DNA of 64,000 nucleotides from assembly GCA_965644315.1 (NCBI GenBank), contig CBFFRQ010000057.1, positions 186,001 through 250,000 on the forward strand, given 5' to 3'. Source of the stretch: Caecitellus pseudoparvulus. Taxonomy: Eukaryota > Protista > Bigyra: Bicosoecida. Below the pieces are notes generated by a model, which was given only the letters and a program-made list of their open reading frames with translations, searched no databases and was not told the origin of the DNA. Shown piece after piece: positions 1 to 11,700 of this stretch. The translations under genes and the position numbers were made by a program. The first letter of the stretch is position 1, and every line of letters begins with the position of its first letter.

Positions 1-1651
1 GGAGGTGCTGCGGCCGGAGTACATGGCGAGTGCAGAGGTGAGCAAGAAACGAAGCTTGATCACGGGAAAGCCGACGTTCTTCACTGACCCCGCCATCGCA
101 CGGCTGAAGAACTCTGTGTCCCTCCTTGCCGTCACAGCCTCCGCTGGGCTCATCATCATAGTTGTCTTGTCGGTGTTTGTGACTCGTGGCCTGCTGGCGA
201 GAGCAGAAGTGGCAGCGCACCTCCCAGCACACTCCTCTTCCACAATTTCCTCTTTCATCAACGCCCTCATCATTCAAATTGCCGGCTTTCTCTATAAACG
301 CATGGCGGGCATGCTGACGGACTGGGAGAACCATCCGACAGAGTCCGCGTACATGGACTCACTGATCCTGAAGCGAGTCGTGTTCGACTTCGTGAACAAC
401 TTCTTCCCTCTCTTCTTCATCATCGCGAAGTCGTTTGACTCCTTCAAGCTCCTGGGCGCAGACGTCACGTGCAAGAGTGCCTACTTGCACACTGGCTCCC
501 CGTGCCTGTCGGAGCTGCAGACATCTGTCCTCATCATCTTCATCACACGCCTGACTGTCGGCAACATCACAGAGCTCCTCCTTCCATGTCTCATGCGGTC
601 TGTCACTTCCTGTCGCAGGAAGTGTGCCTCAACACCCAAGAACTTGCCGGTCACGCCAGGTGGTCGCTTGGCAGGCGTCGTGTCAGCGGCTGAAGAGGAC
701 GCGGACTTGGACAGCGAGGCAGTTCTGGAGGAGTACTTGGAAGTACTCATTACGTTTGCCTTTGCCGCGCTGTTCATGACTGCTTTCCCTCTTGCCCCCA
801 TCATCGCCGCCCTGGCCTTCTACGTCGAGATGCGCGTGGACGCCTTCAAATTGCTGAAGGGCTCCACTCGCCCGGAGCCTCGTGCGGCGCAAGATATCGG
901 CTCGTGGCTGCTGTGCTTCGAACTCATCGGCATCATCTGCGTGATCACGAACTTCATGATCGTTGTCTTTGTTGCAGACGAGTTCTTCGGGGTGCATGAC
1001 CGGTACGCAAAGCTGGTGCTGTTCATTGTGCTGCAGTACGGCGTGTTTGCCGTGAAACTCATCATTGCTGCAGCAGTGCCTGACCAGCCATCGCAAGTGG
1101 CCCTGCAGCAAGAGCGAGGGGAGTACCTGGTGGGGAAGCACCTGGACGGCATCCCCGATGAAATCACGTCAGTGGCTGCACTGCAGGCTGCGGAGGATGA
1201 AAACACCGGTGCCTCAGACGGTGTCGCCGGCTCTGGCCAGGCTGCTGCAGCCAAGGCAGACTCCGGCGCAGATCCACGCACTGGCACGGCACTGTACAAC
1301 CAGCGGCTGGCTGACGTGGTGACAAAGGTGGATGCAGCTTGGCGCGTGGGGGGCGATGAGGACTCCATGGTGCCCTCGCCTGACATGTGGGGCCAGGGAA
1401 CGCAGCGCCTGCGGCGGCTGCGGCCCTCCGACGCCTCCACCATTGACACAGAGGACTCCATGAGCTACATCAGCACAGCCAGTGGAACAGGGGGCATCCT
1501 CCTTACCCGGCGAAAGGGTGCCCAGGGCGATTCCAAGGCTCAACCAGCTGCGGCGGCGTCTCCCGAGCAGCCTCTGACGCAGGCCTCCAGTGCCCGGGCG
1601 TATGGAACCATCAACGGCTCGCAGCGCGGGGGCAGCTCGTCAAGCTCTTGA
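1..1651 (+). CDS. Anoctamin/TMEM16-family Ca2+-activated channel or scramblase, 5'-partial
   Basis: Multiple TM helices with anoctamin motifs LTDWENHPTESAYMDSLILK, EEYLEVLITFAFAALF..AFPLAP, VEMRVDAFKL and AQDIGSW; ORF runs in from the window edge. Confidence 0.9.
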   Translation, partial: EVLRPEYMASAEVSKKRSLITGKPTFFTDPAIARLKNSVSLLAVTASAGLIIIVVLSVFVTRGLLARAEVAAHLPAHSSSTISSFINALIIQIAGFLYKRMAGMLTDWENHPTESAYMDSLILKRVVFDFVNNFFPLFFIIAKSFDSFKLLGADVTCKSAYLHTGSPCLSELQTSVLIIFITRLTVGNITELLLPCLMRSVTSCRRKCASTPKNLPVTPGGRLAGVVSAAEEDADLDSEAVLEEYLEVLITFAFAALFMTAFPLAPIIAALAFYVEMRVDAFKLLKGSTRPEPRAAQDIGSWLLCFELIGIICVITNFMIVVFVADEFFGVHDRYAKLVLFIVLQYGVFAVKLIIAAAVPDQPSQVALQQERGEYLVGKHLDGIPDEITSVAALQAAEDENTGASDGVAGSGQAAAAKADSGADPRTGTALYNQRLADVVTKVDAAWRVGGDEDSMVPSPDMWGQGTQRLRRLRPSDASTIDTEDSMSYISTASGTGGILLTRRKGAQGDSKAQPAAAASPEQPLTQASSARAYGTINGSQRGGSSSSS

Positions 1652-1693
1652 ATGTGTTGAATTGTTTAGCGTCCATTCACTTGTCTGGGCGCA

Positions 1694-4347
1694 CTAGAAT
1701 CCTTCCAGGCCGAAGTGCCTTCGCTTGCTGCCTGCCTTGCTTACATCCTGCACCGCCGCCGCCCCCGCCGCTGCCGGAGCAGGACTCGGTGCGGGCGAGG
1801 AAGCAGGTGTTGGCTCGATCTTCGGGGCGTGTGTCGGGGCTGCTGTCACTTCCGTCGCCGTTTTGTGCGGGGCTGAGGAGGCTGGCAAGGCAGCCGTGGG
1901 CGCAGGGACGAGGCCCGAGGCAGCTCCCAAGTGCAACCCGGCGTCAGCGCCCACCTCCGGCAGTGTGGCAGGCTGTGATGCAAGGGCGGGGAGAGCGCCT
2001 CGCATGGGCAGGGGAGGCAGTGACACCGTCGGGAGGGACTGCAGGATGCTGAGCTGGGTATGGAGGCTGGCTACTTCTGCCTCCGCGACAGCAGCGCGCT
2101 TCAGCGCAGCAGTCAACTCGCCGCTGAGGCGCTTCAATGCGGCATTCAGAGCGGAGTTTTGCTCCACCAAGTGCGCTTGCTGGCTGTCCAAGTCCAAGCA
2201 CCGCTGTTGCAGGGCGTGCTTGTCCAGGCTGGCCGTGACGAGCTCGTGAAAGACTGAGAACACGTCAGCGGAGGGTGAGGTGTAGTCGTTGTCCACCACG
2301 TTCACCAGCCACCAGCCGTCCACGATTCCGCCCAGCACTTGCCTGGCCTTGGCGGCCTCGGGGGAGTCTTGCAGCTCGTCTGAACCCTTCACTTTTCGGG
2401 GTTTGTACAGGGAGAGCCACTGAGAGCTCCACAATTCAAACGCCTCTGGAGCCCATGCTCGAAACGCTTGTGGGTCCACAACTGTGGGCTGCTGCACCTC
2501 CTTGTCTGGAAATACGCCCCATGTGACTGCGTTGGGTTCCACGGCAGAGCTGTTGCTCACCTCCTTGCCTGCGCGGTTGACAGCATGGAAGGTGAGAGAG
2601 GGGTGCCGACCAGCCATGGCCACGAGCCCCTGCAGAGATTCGTCACTGCAGAAGAACTCCACATAAGCCTTCTGGAAGACACGCCCGCCCGCACCGCCCC
2701 ACCCCAGTACAGGGTGATCGCTGGGCACGCCGTTGGCGCGTGGCTGGGAGTTGATGGTGAGGAACCCATGCTGGTTCAGCCACCGAAGCTGGTGCCCGAT
2801 GAGGCCGCTCTCCGTTGACATGCCTGTCTCGGTCCACGGCAGCTGGGGGATGACACCGTCCACATACTTGATGAAGACAGCCGCGACGTCGGCCGTGCTT
2901 TGTGGAGTGCCCCACATCTCCTGGCGGTCCTTGATGGTCTTCTTGGCCCCCAGGTAGTAGTCAGACAGTTCCCCAAAGGCGGGGGACTGCCGGCTTCCCC
3001 ACCTGCCGTTTGGGTATTCGTCCCAATGCTTGGTGCGGGAGATGTATGAGGCAGCTCGGTTGACCCAGAAAATGGGCCTCACGTCCTCTTGAGCGCGCCC
3101 AGCATCAGTGCCTGACGCTCCACTTTCCACCCACGGCATGCGCCGCTCATGGGCTTTGGGAAGGAACCCCAGCTCATCCAGAATCTCAGACACTGACTTG
3201 GACAAGTTCATGGTATAAAAGTGCAGGGTCTTGCAGCCGCGCGCCATGAGCTCACGGCATGTGGCGACCGCCAGCTTTACGCCGTATTTCTTCACTGCCA
3301 GGTCATCATCCTGGATGGCGGCGAGGTCAGCGCGCACCTGCGCGGGCACCGACGTCTTGCACCAATCCGAGAACTTCTTGAAGCCCTTGTACGTCTGGAT
3401 GGGCATGTACCCGGGAAGAATGGGCACGTGAATGCCAACAGCCCGCGCCTCTGCCTCCCACTGCAAGTACTGCGGCAAGTCGTAAAAGAACTGGGTGATG
3501 ATGAAGTCCGCGCCAGCATCCACTTTAGCCTTCACTCGCATGAGGTCCAGCTGGCGGGCCTGCTGGGATGGTGGCAGGCCAGTGTGGTTCCAGCACTCTG
3601 TGTGGCACTCTGGGTACGCTGCCACGGCGACACAGAAGTAGTCCCCGTGCTCCTCCCGGATCAGCTGCACCAGCTCCACCGCGTTGCTCAGCCCGCCGTC
3701 CACTGGGGTCCACCTGTCGGCACCGATGGGCGGGTCTCCCCGCAAGGCCAAAATATTCCGAATGCCTGCAAGGTGCACGTCCAGCCGTGAGGGGGTCTAC
3801 TACCTCGTGCCGAAGGTGCTAAGCCAGTGGCCACTAGGCAGAAGGCTCAGGTCCAGACCACTCACCTGCTTCCCTTGCGTTGCGCAGGACTCGCTTGAGA
3901 GCCTCCCGAGGCAAGTGGCAAGTCAAGTGCAGGAGGACGTCAACACCGAACTTCTTCTGCACTGTCTCCCCGATGGACAGCCACAACTTCTCGTCCTGCA
4001 CAGCCAAAGGGCAGGCTCGCATGAACGAAAAAAGCAACAAGCCAGGCACTCTGACAGCAGCACTGCTGACGCACCTTGAAGGCAGACCTCCACGTGAGGG
4101 TGACAAAGGTTGGAGCCAAAGACTGTGTCATGTCCTCGATGCGCCGCAAGAGGTTGTCCTTCCCCGCCACAGTCTGCGAAAGGCAAGCAGTGGCGTGGTG
4201 CGGAAAATGGCAACTCATCTTCACTGCCAACTCCTGTGCCCTGGAACTGTGCCGCCTGCTCACCTTGGCGGGAAAGAACTCAAAGGACACTGTCGTCCCA
4301 CCAGCTTCGTTCACCTCATTGATCTTGTCAATGATCTTGTTCGCCAT
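1694..4347 (-). CDS. MTHFR: Methylenetetrahydrofolate reductase, eukaryotic type (catalytic plus regulatory domain) with a C-terminal extension; 3 introns (4174-4263, 3996-4074, 3766-3865)
   Basis: Spliced product gives SFEFFPAK, PTFVTLTW, HLTC, GIRNILALRGDPP, VAAYPECH, KVDAGADFIITQFFY, LHFYTMN, EDVRPIFW, WDEYPNGRWG, LTINSQP and NAVTWGVFP; GT..AG boundaries restore the frame. Confidence 0.96.
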
Positions 4348-4562
4348 GCTGACTCAGAGGCGCGCTGGCGAGTAACCTTGCTGTGAGAGAAGTGTGCTGG
4401 CCGGCTCGACCTCGGCGTGTGGCTCGTTGCCAGCTCCACAGCCCTGCTTCACTCGAGGCAATGCAAACTGGCAAGGAGGGGGCGAACATGTACGTACTGG
4501 TGGGTGTGATGTGTGGGTGTGGCTGAAGTGTGGCGCGGAGACCGGTGAGGTGGAGGGGGACT

Positions 4563-5397
4563 TCATTCATCCTGATACTGCTCGCCTGCCTGCACCTTGA
4601 GGACTTCGTCCAACTGAATCCGCAGGGCGGTGGTGGACTCCCCCTTCAAGGCGTCAGCTTCTGTGGTGATGGAAACACGCAAGTTCACCATCTCCAGCGC
4701 CCCGCGAATGGCGCCCCCAATGACGCTGCAGTACTGAAGCTCACTCAATGACTCGGGCAGCTGAACCCAGTGCTCCAGCGGATTGTCAGGCAGGAGGAGA
4801 GACACCTGTGTGCCCTCCTCGTTCCATCTCTCAAGCGATGTCCCGCTCATGCCCAGATACGTCGGCAGTGCTTGCTGCGCGCCGAGGGGGGGGGGGGCGT
4901 GCGCACAGGCAGGTGGCTGACAGCAGTCGGCTCTCGTACAGTGGCCACTGCCTGCATGCTGTCTTGGAACGACTTGCACCTTGCCCCTGGGTTGCGGGCG
5001 CAGAAGTCGTCCACGAGCCGGCTGCCAACTTGAAAGCCCCTGCGAGCGCAAGGACACGAGTGCCGGAGTCGTACGTGAATGGCCAAGCAGAGGACTGCAA
5101 CATGCAAGCTCTCACAGTTTCTCCAGCTGTGTGTTCACCTCTGCAGGGTCCTCAAAGTCCTTCAGAAGCTGGGCAAGAGTGCCGCACCCAGTGAGCCGGC
5201 GCCTGGCATGCTGGAGGCCCACGGCACTCACCTGAGCAACCATGGCACCATACGTCAGAGTAAGGAGCTCCACATTCTGCAGCAGGAGGGGGGGTCAACG
5301 CGGCAGGATTCCTTAGGCAGGCTGCGCTGTGCGTAGAGTTTGGAGGGGAACCCACGACAGGAGGCAGCTCAGCCGCCGCTGAGGAGGAAGAGGCCAT
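4563..5397 (-). CDS. TRAPPC3: TRAPP complex subunit Bet3/TRAPPC3; 4 introns (5277-5355, 5169-5231, 5040-5115, 4875-4939)
   Basis: Spliced: NVELLTLTYGAMVAQLLKDFED..VNTQLEKLGFQVGSRLVDDF..RCKSF..DNPLEHWVQLP..LQYCSVIGGAIRGALEMV, the Bet3 pattern. Confidence 0.9.
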
Positions 5398-5576
5398 GTT
5401 GAGTGTGCACGGGGTGGCAGCAGTGTGGGATGCGTCTCAGGTTATATCACGCTGAAAGAAAGCGCGGGCCTGGATCCGCTCCCGTTGCTAGGCCAGGCTG
5501 CAAGGATTGTGCTCAAGCGCGGCAGGTGTGTGAGGCGTGGTGAAACGCCAGCGTAACTCGAGGTGCATTGCATGAA

Positions 5577-6795
5577 TCACTTGCGCCAATTGCAGCGAGG
5601 CAGGACAAAGACTAAGCTCAACCCGATCAAAATGAACGCATACGTGCGTGCCAGCGTGGGAATGCGATCATCGCCCGGGTACCCGGATCCACTGCCTTGG
5701 TTATCCGCGATGGCCATGAATGCCCAGATCAGCACGGCAGTGAAGGCGACATCAGCATGGAGGAAGAGCATGAGGCAGGCGAGAGCTAGAGCCACAGTGA
5801 TCATCACACGGGCGTAGTTGGAGGGGCCCCAGTCGCCGCCACCAACGCCGTTCTTTGGCGTACCGGCAGATGCGATGTTGAGGATGGTAGCCACCGTGAT
5901 CCATCCGAGGAAGACAGAGGTCATCACCCGCGTGGACAGGGCGCCAAGTGCAGTATGTGCACGGTTCACTGCCGCCTCGCCGATGGTGTGGTACAGCACG
6001 ATGAGGGGAGTCAGCACGCTGGTCAGCATTACGATCGCAGAGAGCGCCATCTGTTGAAAGCACCAGCAGAAGATCCAGATGCTTACGCCAGTCATGAGCC
6101 AGAGAAATGGCACTGTGCTTGCAACTCGAAGCTCCCTGTCCAGGGCTTGCGCGACGACGAAGAAGCCGACGAGCGTGAAGATGACGCCCCAAATACTGAA
6201 AGCCCAGCCTGCGAGGGGGAGGAGCACCACGTCAGGCACCCTCATGACGACAACTAAAGCATGCCACCTACCTGCAGGGGTGACAGCAGTCTTGTAGCTG
6301 CGCACGAGGAACACAGGGGGCGGCGTGCCAGGCAGTGCGGAGGGCAGCGTAGGCAAGTGACGTGGCCAGCTGCAGTGCACCAACTCACATGCTGCTGATG
6401 CCGCTCACAGTCGTGCCGCCTGCGCCGTTCAGGACGCCCGACACCCCAACGAGGTAGTTGATCAAAAGCATGGCAACATAGGCCACAACGTTGCCCCACA
6501 GCATGACGGTCCACCCAGCTTCGGTGCTGGGGCGCAAGTCCAAACAGCGGTACTCTGTCCCGTCCGGACCCGAGCACAAGGAGCGAGCAGGCTTGCCCCA
6601 AGTGCCCTTGCCATCCCAGTCCTCGACGCCGCCAGCAAGGGCGCCCTGACTGTACACTAGCGGTGTGCGAAGTCCCCCATCACGGCCAACAGGCACGGCC
6701 ACGCTGCCGCTGCTGCCTGAGCCGGAAAGAGGCGAGGCGACGCTCGAGGACTGTGGGGAGGCGGCAGAGCCGCCGGCTCGCACTGTCGTTGACAT
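5577..6795 (-). CDS. TspO/MBR-related tryptophan-rich polytopic membrane protein; 2 introns (6298-6388, 6209-6271)
   Basis: Spliced junction gives GTTVSGISSIYKTAVTPAGWAFSIWGVIF, later SVFLGWITVATILN and FTAVLIWAFMAI; about 7 TM helices. Confidence 0.72.
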
Positions 6796-7092
6796 GCTTG
6801 TCAAGCACAGCAGCTGGAGACACTGTGTAATCACTGCTTCCCTTGGCGTATGTAGTGGGTGTTTGGTGTTTGGTTTTGACCCGCGAGTGGTGGCTTGAAT
6901 GCAGTCAGGCAAGGCCACAGCTGCAAAGCCGCGGTGCAACCTGCCCCACTTCCCACAATTTACTTGGGGAACGGCAAGCTCCGTGGAAGCTGAGAGAGAG
7001 CGAGTTCCGCATAGTGGGCAGACCGCTCGCACCACTAAGTCAGAGTGCTTGCTGCACGGCGGGGCGCCGAGGGACGGTTGCGGAAACTGGAC
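6796..7092. promoter_or_regulatory. Putative bidirectional promoter (TspO-like / MLYCD)
   Basis: About 300 bp between divergent start codons; inferred from geometry only. Confidence 0.4.
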
Positions 7093-8658
7093 ATGGCCTC
7101 CACGCCAGCCCGACTCTGCAGCGTGGTGCGAGGTATTGTTCAGAGGAGAGAGGTGCTCCCGGCTGCCCTATCCACGCCTCTTCCAATGATTTATAGCCTT
7201 GCCCACCCAGCCCCGCTGCCCTGTCCTACTGCCTGCCGCCGCGCATCCAGCACGGCTGCAGCAACCACGCTGGCTGGGCAGCGACAAGCCATCACTCAGT
7301 GGCTGGACACCCCGTGCCCCGAAGAACTCGCGGTGCGCCTGACACAGCGCGCCGGAGACGACCTGCGGACCATTCCAGATGCTCTGATTGCCCATCACCA
7401 CCAGGGCCTGCAGTACGTTATGACCTGGCGGCGACAGGTGCTTGGCTGGCTGGCGGGCACGCCGCCACAGGGTGTGTCCGAAGCCCCGCTGAAGGCGTTG
7501 GACGCCGCCTTGCGGGCGTGCATTGTGCAGGCGTTTGGCCTCAGCCATGTTAGCCTGGAGCACATCACGCTGGACTCAGCTGCCAGCCTGCTGCGGTTTC
7601 TCGTGGACAATGAACGGGTGCACCCGACCTCCTCCATCGACAGCCTGGGGCGCAAGCTGGGCCGCAATAGGCGTGTCCTGGCCCTCACGCACACTGCCTC
7701 CACCTCCAAGCTCCCGTCCGCTGTCGTGTACATCGCGCTGGTGCCGCACGTCGCGCACAGCACTCACTACCTGGACATGCACTCTGGGCAGCCCAGCCAA
7801 GTGCCAGGGGACTGCCCGATCGCTGGGCAGCATTCGGCGCCAGAGCCCACCCGCCCGTCCTCAGTGGCCACCTTCTACTCCGTCTCCGTCACAGACTCTG
7901 CGCTGAAAGGAACAGGCCTGGCCACGTCACTACTGCTCGACGCGGTGGAGTGGCTGCAGCTGCATGAGCAACCCGTGCAACGGTTTGTCACGCTGTCCCC
8001 CGTGCCCCGCTTTCTGACATGGCTGCGTGGCGTCCATGACTGCCTTGTAGCCATGCCTGCTGACACGCCTTTGCAGGAGGTTGGTGGCTCTGCGACGGAG
8101 GCAGCTCTGCGGGCTGGCTCTTGCCACAGGCCTCCGCCGCAAGGGGCGCCGGCACTGCTGCCTGGTGTGAGCACTGCAGGGGGGGGCACCCAGGCCTTGG
8201 ACACCGTGCTTTCCATGCCATGGGAAGCGGGCGAGGCTGCCCAGCTGCCAGCTTCATGGCGAGAAACTCTCCTAGACCACCAAGACATGCTGCTGCACCT
8301 CCTGCGGTGGCACGTGTGTTTTGCCCAGTCCAGTGCCAGGGGAGCGCCCTTGTGCCCAACTGCCGCTTTCCATAGCGCCAATGGCGCACGCTTGTACAGC
8401 GTGAATGTGCTGGGTGACACGTCTGCCCGCGCTCTTAGGGAATCAGGCACGCTCATGGTCAACTACGAGTACACCCCGCCGGCCCTGCCTGAACTGGCAG
8501 CGAGTTTCGCTGCAGACCCTGCCGCTGCCATGAGGGAAGTGTGGTTCACAGAGTGGAGCCAGCCAAGTGACCGCGCTTCTGCAGACCCAGAAGCGGAGTT
8601 TGGGAGGGAGCACCTCCCAGTCCTGCAGCGCCAGTCCCCCGTGAAGCACGAAGGGTGA
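7093..8658 (+). CDS. MLYCD: Malonyl-CoA decarboxylase, probable organellar targeting peptide
   Basis: NERVHP, LGRNRRVLALTH, ATFYSVS, LKGTGL, FVTLSPVPRFLTWL, AAFHSANGARL, GDTS..ALRESGTLMVNYEY match MCD motifs, including the catalytic Ser and His positions. Confidence 0.88.
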   Translation: MASTPARLCSVVRGIVQRREVLPAALSTPLPMIYSLAHPAPLPCPTACRRASSTAAATTLAGQRQAITQWLDTPCPEELAVRLTQRAGDDLRTIPDALIAHHHQGLQYVMTWRRQVLGWLAGTPPQGVSEAPLKALDAALRACIVQAFGLSHVSLEHITLDSAASLLRFLVDNERVHPTSSIDSLGRKLGRNRRVLALTHTASTSKLPSAVVYIALVPHVAHSTHYLDMHSGQPSQVPGDCPIAGQHSAPEPTRPSSVATFYSVSVTDSALKGTGLATSLLLDAVEWLQLHEQPVQRFVTLSPVPRFLTWLRGVHDCLVAMPADTPLQEVGGSATEAALRAGSCHRPPPQGAPALLPGVSTAGGGTQALDTVLSMPWEAGEAAQLPASWRETLLDHQDMLLHLLRWHVCFAQSSARGAPLCPTAAFHSANGARLYSVNVLGDTSARALRESGTLMVNYEYTPPALPELAASFAADPAAAMREVWFTEWSQPSDRASADPEAEFGREHLPVLQRQSPVKHEG

Positions 8659-8783
8659 CCAGCGTAACTGTGACAGCTCCCTGCACATCCCAAATGTACA
8701 TCACAAAGTTGTCGACCGTTAGCATAGCCGTGTAGCTCGGCAGCTTTCACTGCACTTCGAAGTGCTCAGAACGAGCGGGAACC

Positions 8784-11700
8784 ATGGCATCCAAGACGGC
8801 TGCGGCTGCAGGTGAGTCGCAGGCGACTCGTGTCCAGCCGCTCAGGCTGCGATGCATTTATGCTAAGCCAGGTAGAGTCGCGAGGGTGACACCGTCAGTC
8901 AGAGTTCTGTGCTTGCTTCTGTGCAGCAGGCATGGCTGCCGATACGGCCTTCATCGAGCAAGTGAGGGACATTCGCAGACGAGAGCTGCAGGTGAGCATG
9001 GCCGTTTCTTGAGATGGGCTCGCTGCATTCGTGAGCTACCTGAGCACCAACGTGCTCAAACACAGCTTGACTTGGAGGAGAAGGTCGCAACCAAGATTCA
9101 GTCGGTGTACCGAGGGCACTGTGTGCGGCACCTGGCCATGCCGCAGTATAAGCACCATGTCGCAATGTCCAGAAGGTGGACACCGCAGGCCATCTTCAGA
9201 GCGCTCGTGGCACGGCAGAATGAACTGGAGACTGCCGTGGACACGTACCGCCGAGCACAGCGAGTGCAAGCCAATGGAGGTGGCGACCCCTCCGCGCTTC
9301 GCACTGCCCTGCGCAGCGCGGTGAAGCGCCTTACCCTGGCCAAGCGCATGGCAGCTGTCACTGGAGGGACAGCTGCCGGGGGCGAAGACGAGTGCGGTGC
9401 ACCTGCCCTGACAGAGCTGGCTGCTGAGGGGGGCGACACAAGCGCCTCCACCCAGGTCTCTGGCGCCCATGACGACGCGGATGATGCAGGTGGCGAGGCC
9501 GCTGCAGTGGAGGCGGCAAGGGCGACCTTGGCCGCCTCTGGGCGCCAGCGCTCAGAGCACCGCCGCAGAGCCCTGTGGGCCAAGCTGAACTCGGCACGTG
9601 GAGCGTCCCAGGCCACCATCGTGGCAGGCATCATCTCAGACCTACACGACATCGCCGACCTGGGCGCACTGTCCAGCGAGCACTCGACACGAGACGCCTC
9701 CCACGGGCTCGCGTCGGAGCGACGTGGAGCTTTGGGTGAAGAGGAGGAGGAGGAAGAGGATGGCAGCACGCCCTTGAGGAGTTTGGATGACGAGCGTGGG
9801 TACTACTACCGCCAAGCGCTGAATGAGGGCCACTTTCAAAACTTCCTGCGGGACTGTGGCTTGACAGCGCACAATCGCATGACGCCGGTGCACTTGCAGC
9901 GCTTGTTCGCCCGCCACGCTACAGTGCATCGGGCTGAAGCGGAGGTGGTACATGCACGGAGGCGCTTCCACGAGCATGTGAATGAAAAGGGCAGCTTGCC
10001 TAGCCATCGCCTGTTCTCCGTGGCGCGGGCTTGTGGCCTAGACTTGCCGCGGGACGAAGTGGAGGAGGACGCTGAGCGCATGCCCGCACAAGTGACATGG
10101 AGCCGTTTTTACCGCTGGTTCGACGAGCGACGGCGCCTGGCGCAGGAGTTCAGCGGCACTTATGACCATGACGGCCAGAGCCCCGGCAGTGCCGCAGAGG
10201 TGCTCTTTTCCGCTATGGACTTCGATGGCTTTCTGCAGGCCATGCGGGAGGTGGCAGGGCTGCTGTACCCGCCCTCGCCGGCCTGTGCATGTGCCGCCTG
10301 CACCCGGAATAAAGCATTGGATGAGGCGCATGGCCGCGCCTCCGGCGCAAACTCTGGGCCTGGCGTCGGGACAATGGGGCTGGCGTACCTTGGCCTAGGT
10401 GCTGACGCTGCAAACAGCACTCCGGATGACACGTACTTTGTGCCGTGGGCCAGTGCCTTGCACGATGCCGCGTTTGCCCGCAGCCATTTGGACGCTGTCT
10501 TGGACTTGCTCGTGCAGGAGCACCTCGTTCCCAGCACTGGAGCAATGGAGGCTGTCGGCGTGCGGGGGGCTGCTTCCCCCCTTGGCCAAGTGCTGCTGGC
10601 AACGTCTGTGCGACGCACGTTGTGCGACCATCAAGCTGGCCTCCGCCTTCTCTTTTCGCGCTACGCAGAGGGTGGCAGTGGGCACGATGGGCCAGTTGGT
10701 GTGTCTGCGCTCACCGAAGAGTGCCCCTTGGCCCAGACGCTGTCGTACGTGAACTTGCGACGCATGCTTGTGGACTTGGCGCTGCTCCCAGACCTCATCG
10801 CCAATGACGTGCACGATGGCTTCATGCTGCTCTCTCTGGCTTCTGCTGCGCGGGCTGGAAACAGGTCTGGCCAGCACCACCGACACGTGTACTACAACTT
10901 GCCCACGCGGCTAGGTCGCCCCAGGAGGTGTCTTGTGTGTGGTGCGCCAGAGTACCGGCTGCATGTGGGGAACTTGCATCGTCTTCTACTCGCCTTCTCG
11001 GCGTGGGATGATGATGGGGATGGGCGCATTCATGCCAAGCACCTGCAGGACTTCTTCTATGCAGTGGGCATGGATGTGGACGTGAACACAGCTGCGTGGA
11101 GCCGCCTGCTGGAGGAGGTGGGCGCAGGCCAGGGGCAGGATGCGCTTGTCGCCTTCGACACACTTGTCGGCGCCCTGGAACGCACCATGGGCATGTCCCT
11201 CGCCGCCGAGTGCCTGGCTCTCACCTTCCCTGAGTTTGTGCACTTCCTAGTGTTGCTGGCGGACACCACCCTGACCCGCTCCGAGTTCAGCGGCATGCTG
11301 CCAGTGGACGCATCTCCCGCCACACGCCTGCGGTTTCTGCTGTCCAACATCATGGGTCCGCTCTTCCAGAGGATGTTCTCTGTTCCCATGCGCAACGATC
11401 CCCCCCCCCTTGTCCTGTACACGGACACAGAGTTCGCTGCCGTGCAAGCTGCTCTGGAGCGCATGTTGAGCCGCACGCACCAGCTATACTGCAGGCTGGG
11501 AGGTGCAGTGCAGCCGACTCACATGACCCTCAAAGCTTTTCAGTTGTGGACAGCAGATGTGGGGCTCTTTAGCTCGCTTCCTGAAAAGGATGTGGAGCGG
11601 GTGTTCAAAGACGCTGTAGACGCCTCAGCGGCAGAGGCCGCCCCCTCTCCCCAGCATGAGCACGCGAGGGGCCGTGCACCCACAGCGGGCTCCTTGAGCA

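Noticed and set aside
4886-4897. Poly-G run of about 12 nt
   Set aside because: Lies in a Bet3 intron as the poly-C pyrimidine tract on the coding strand; a simple homopolymer.
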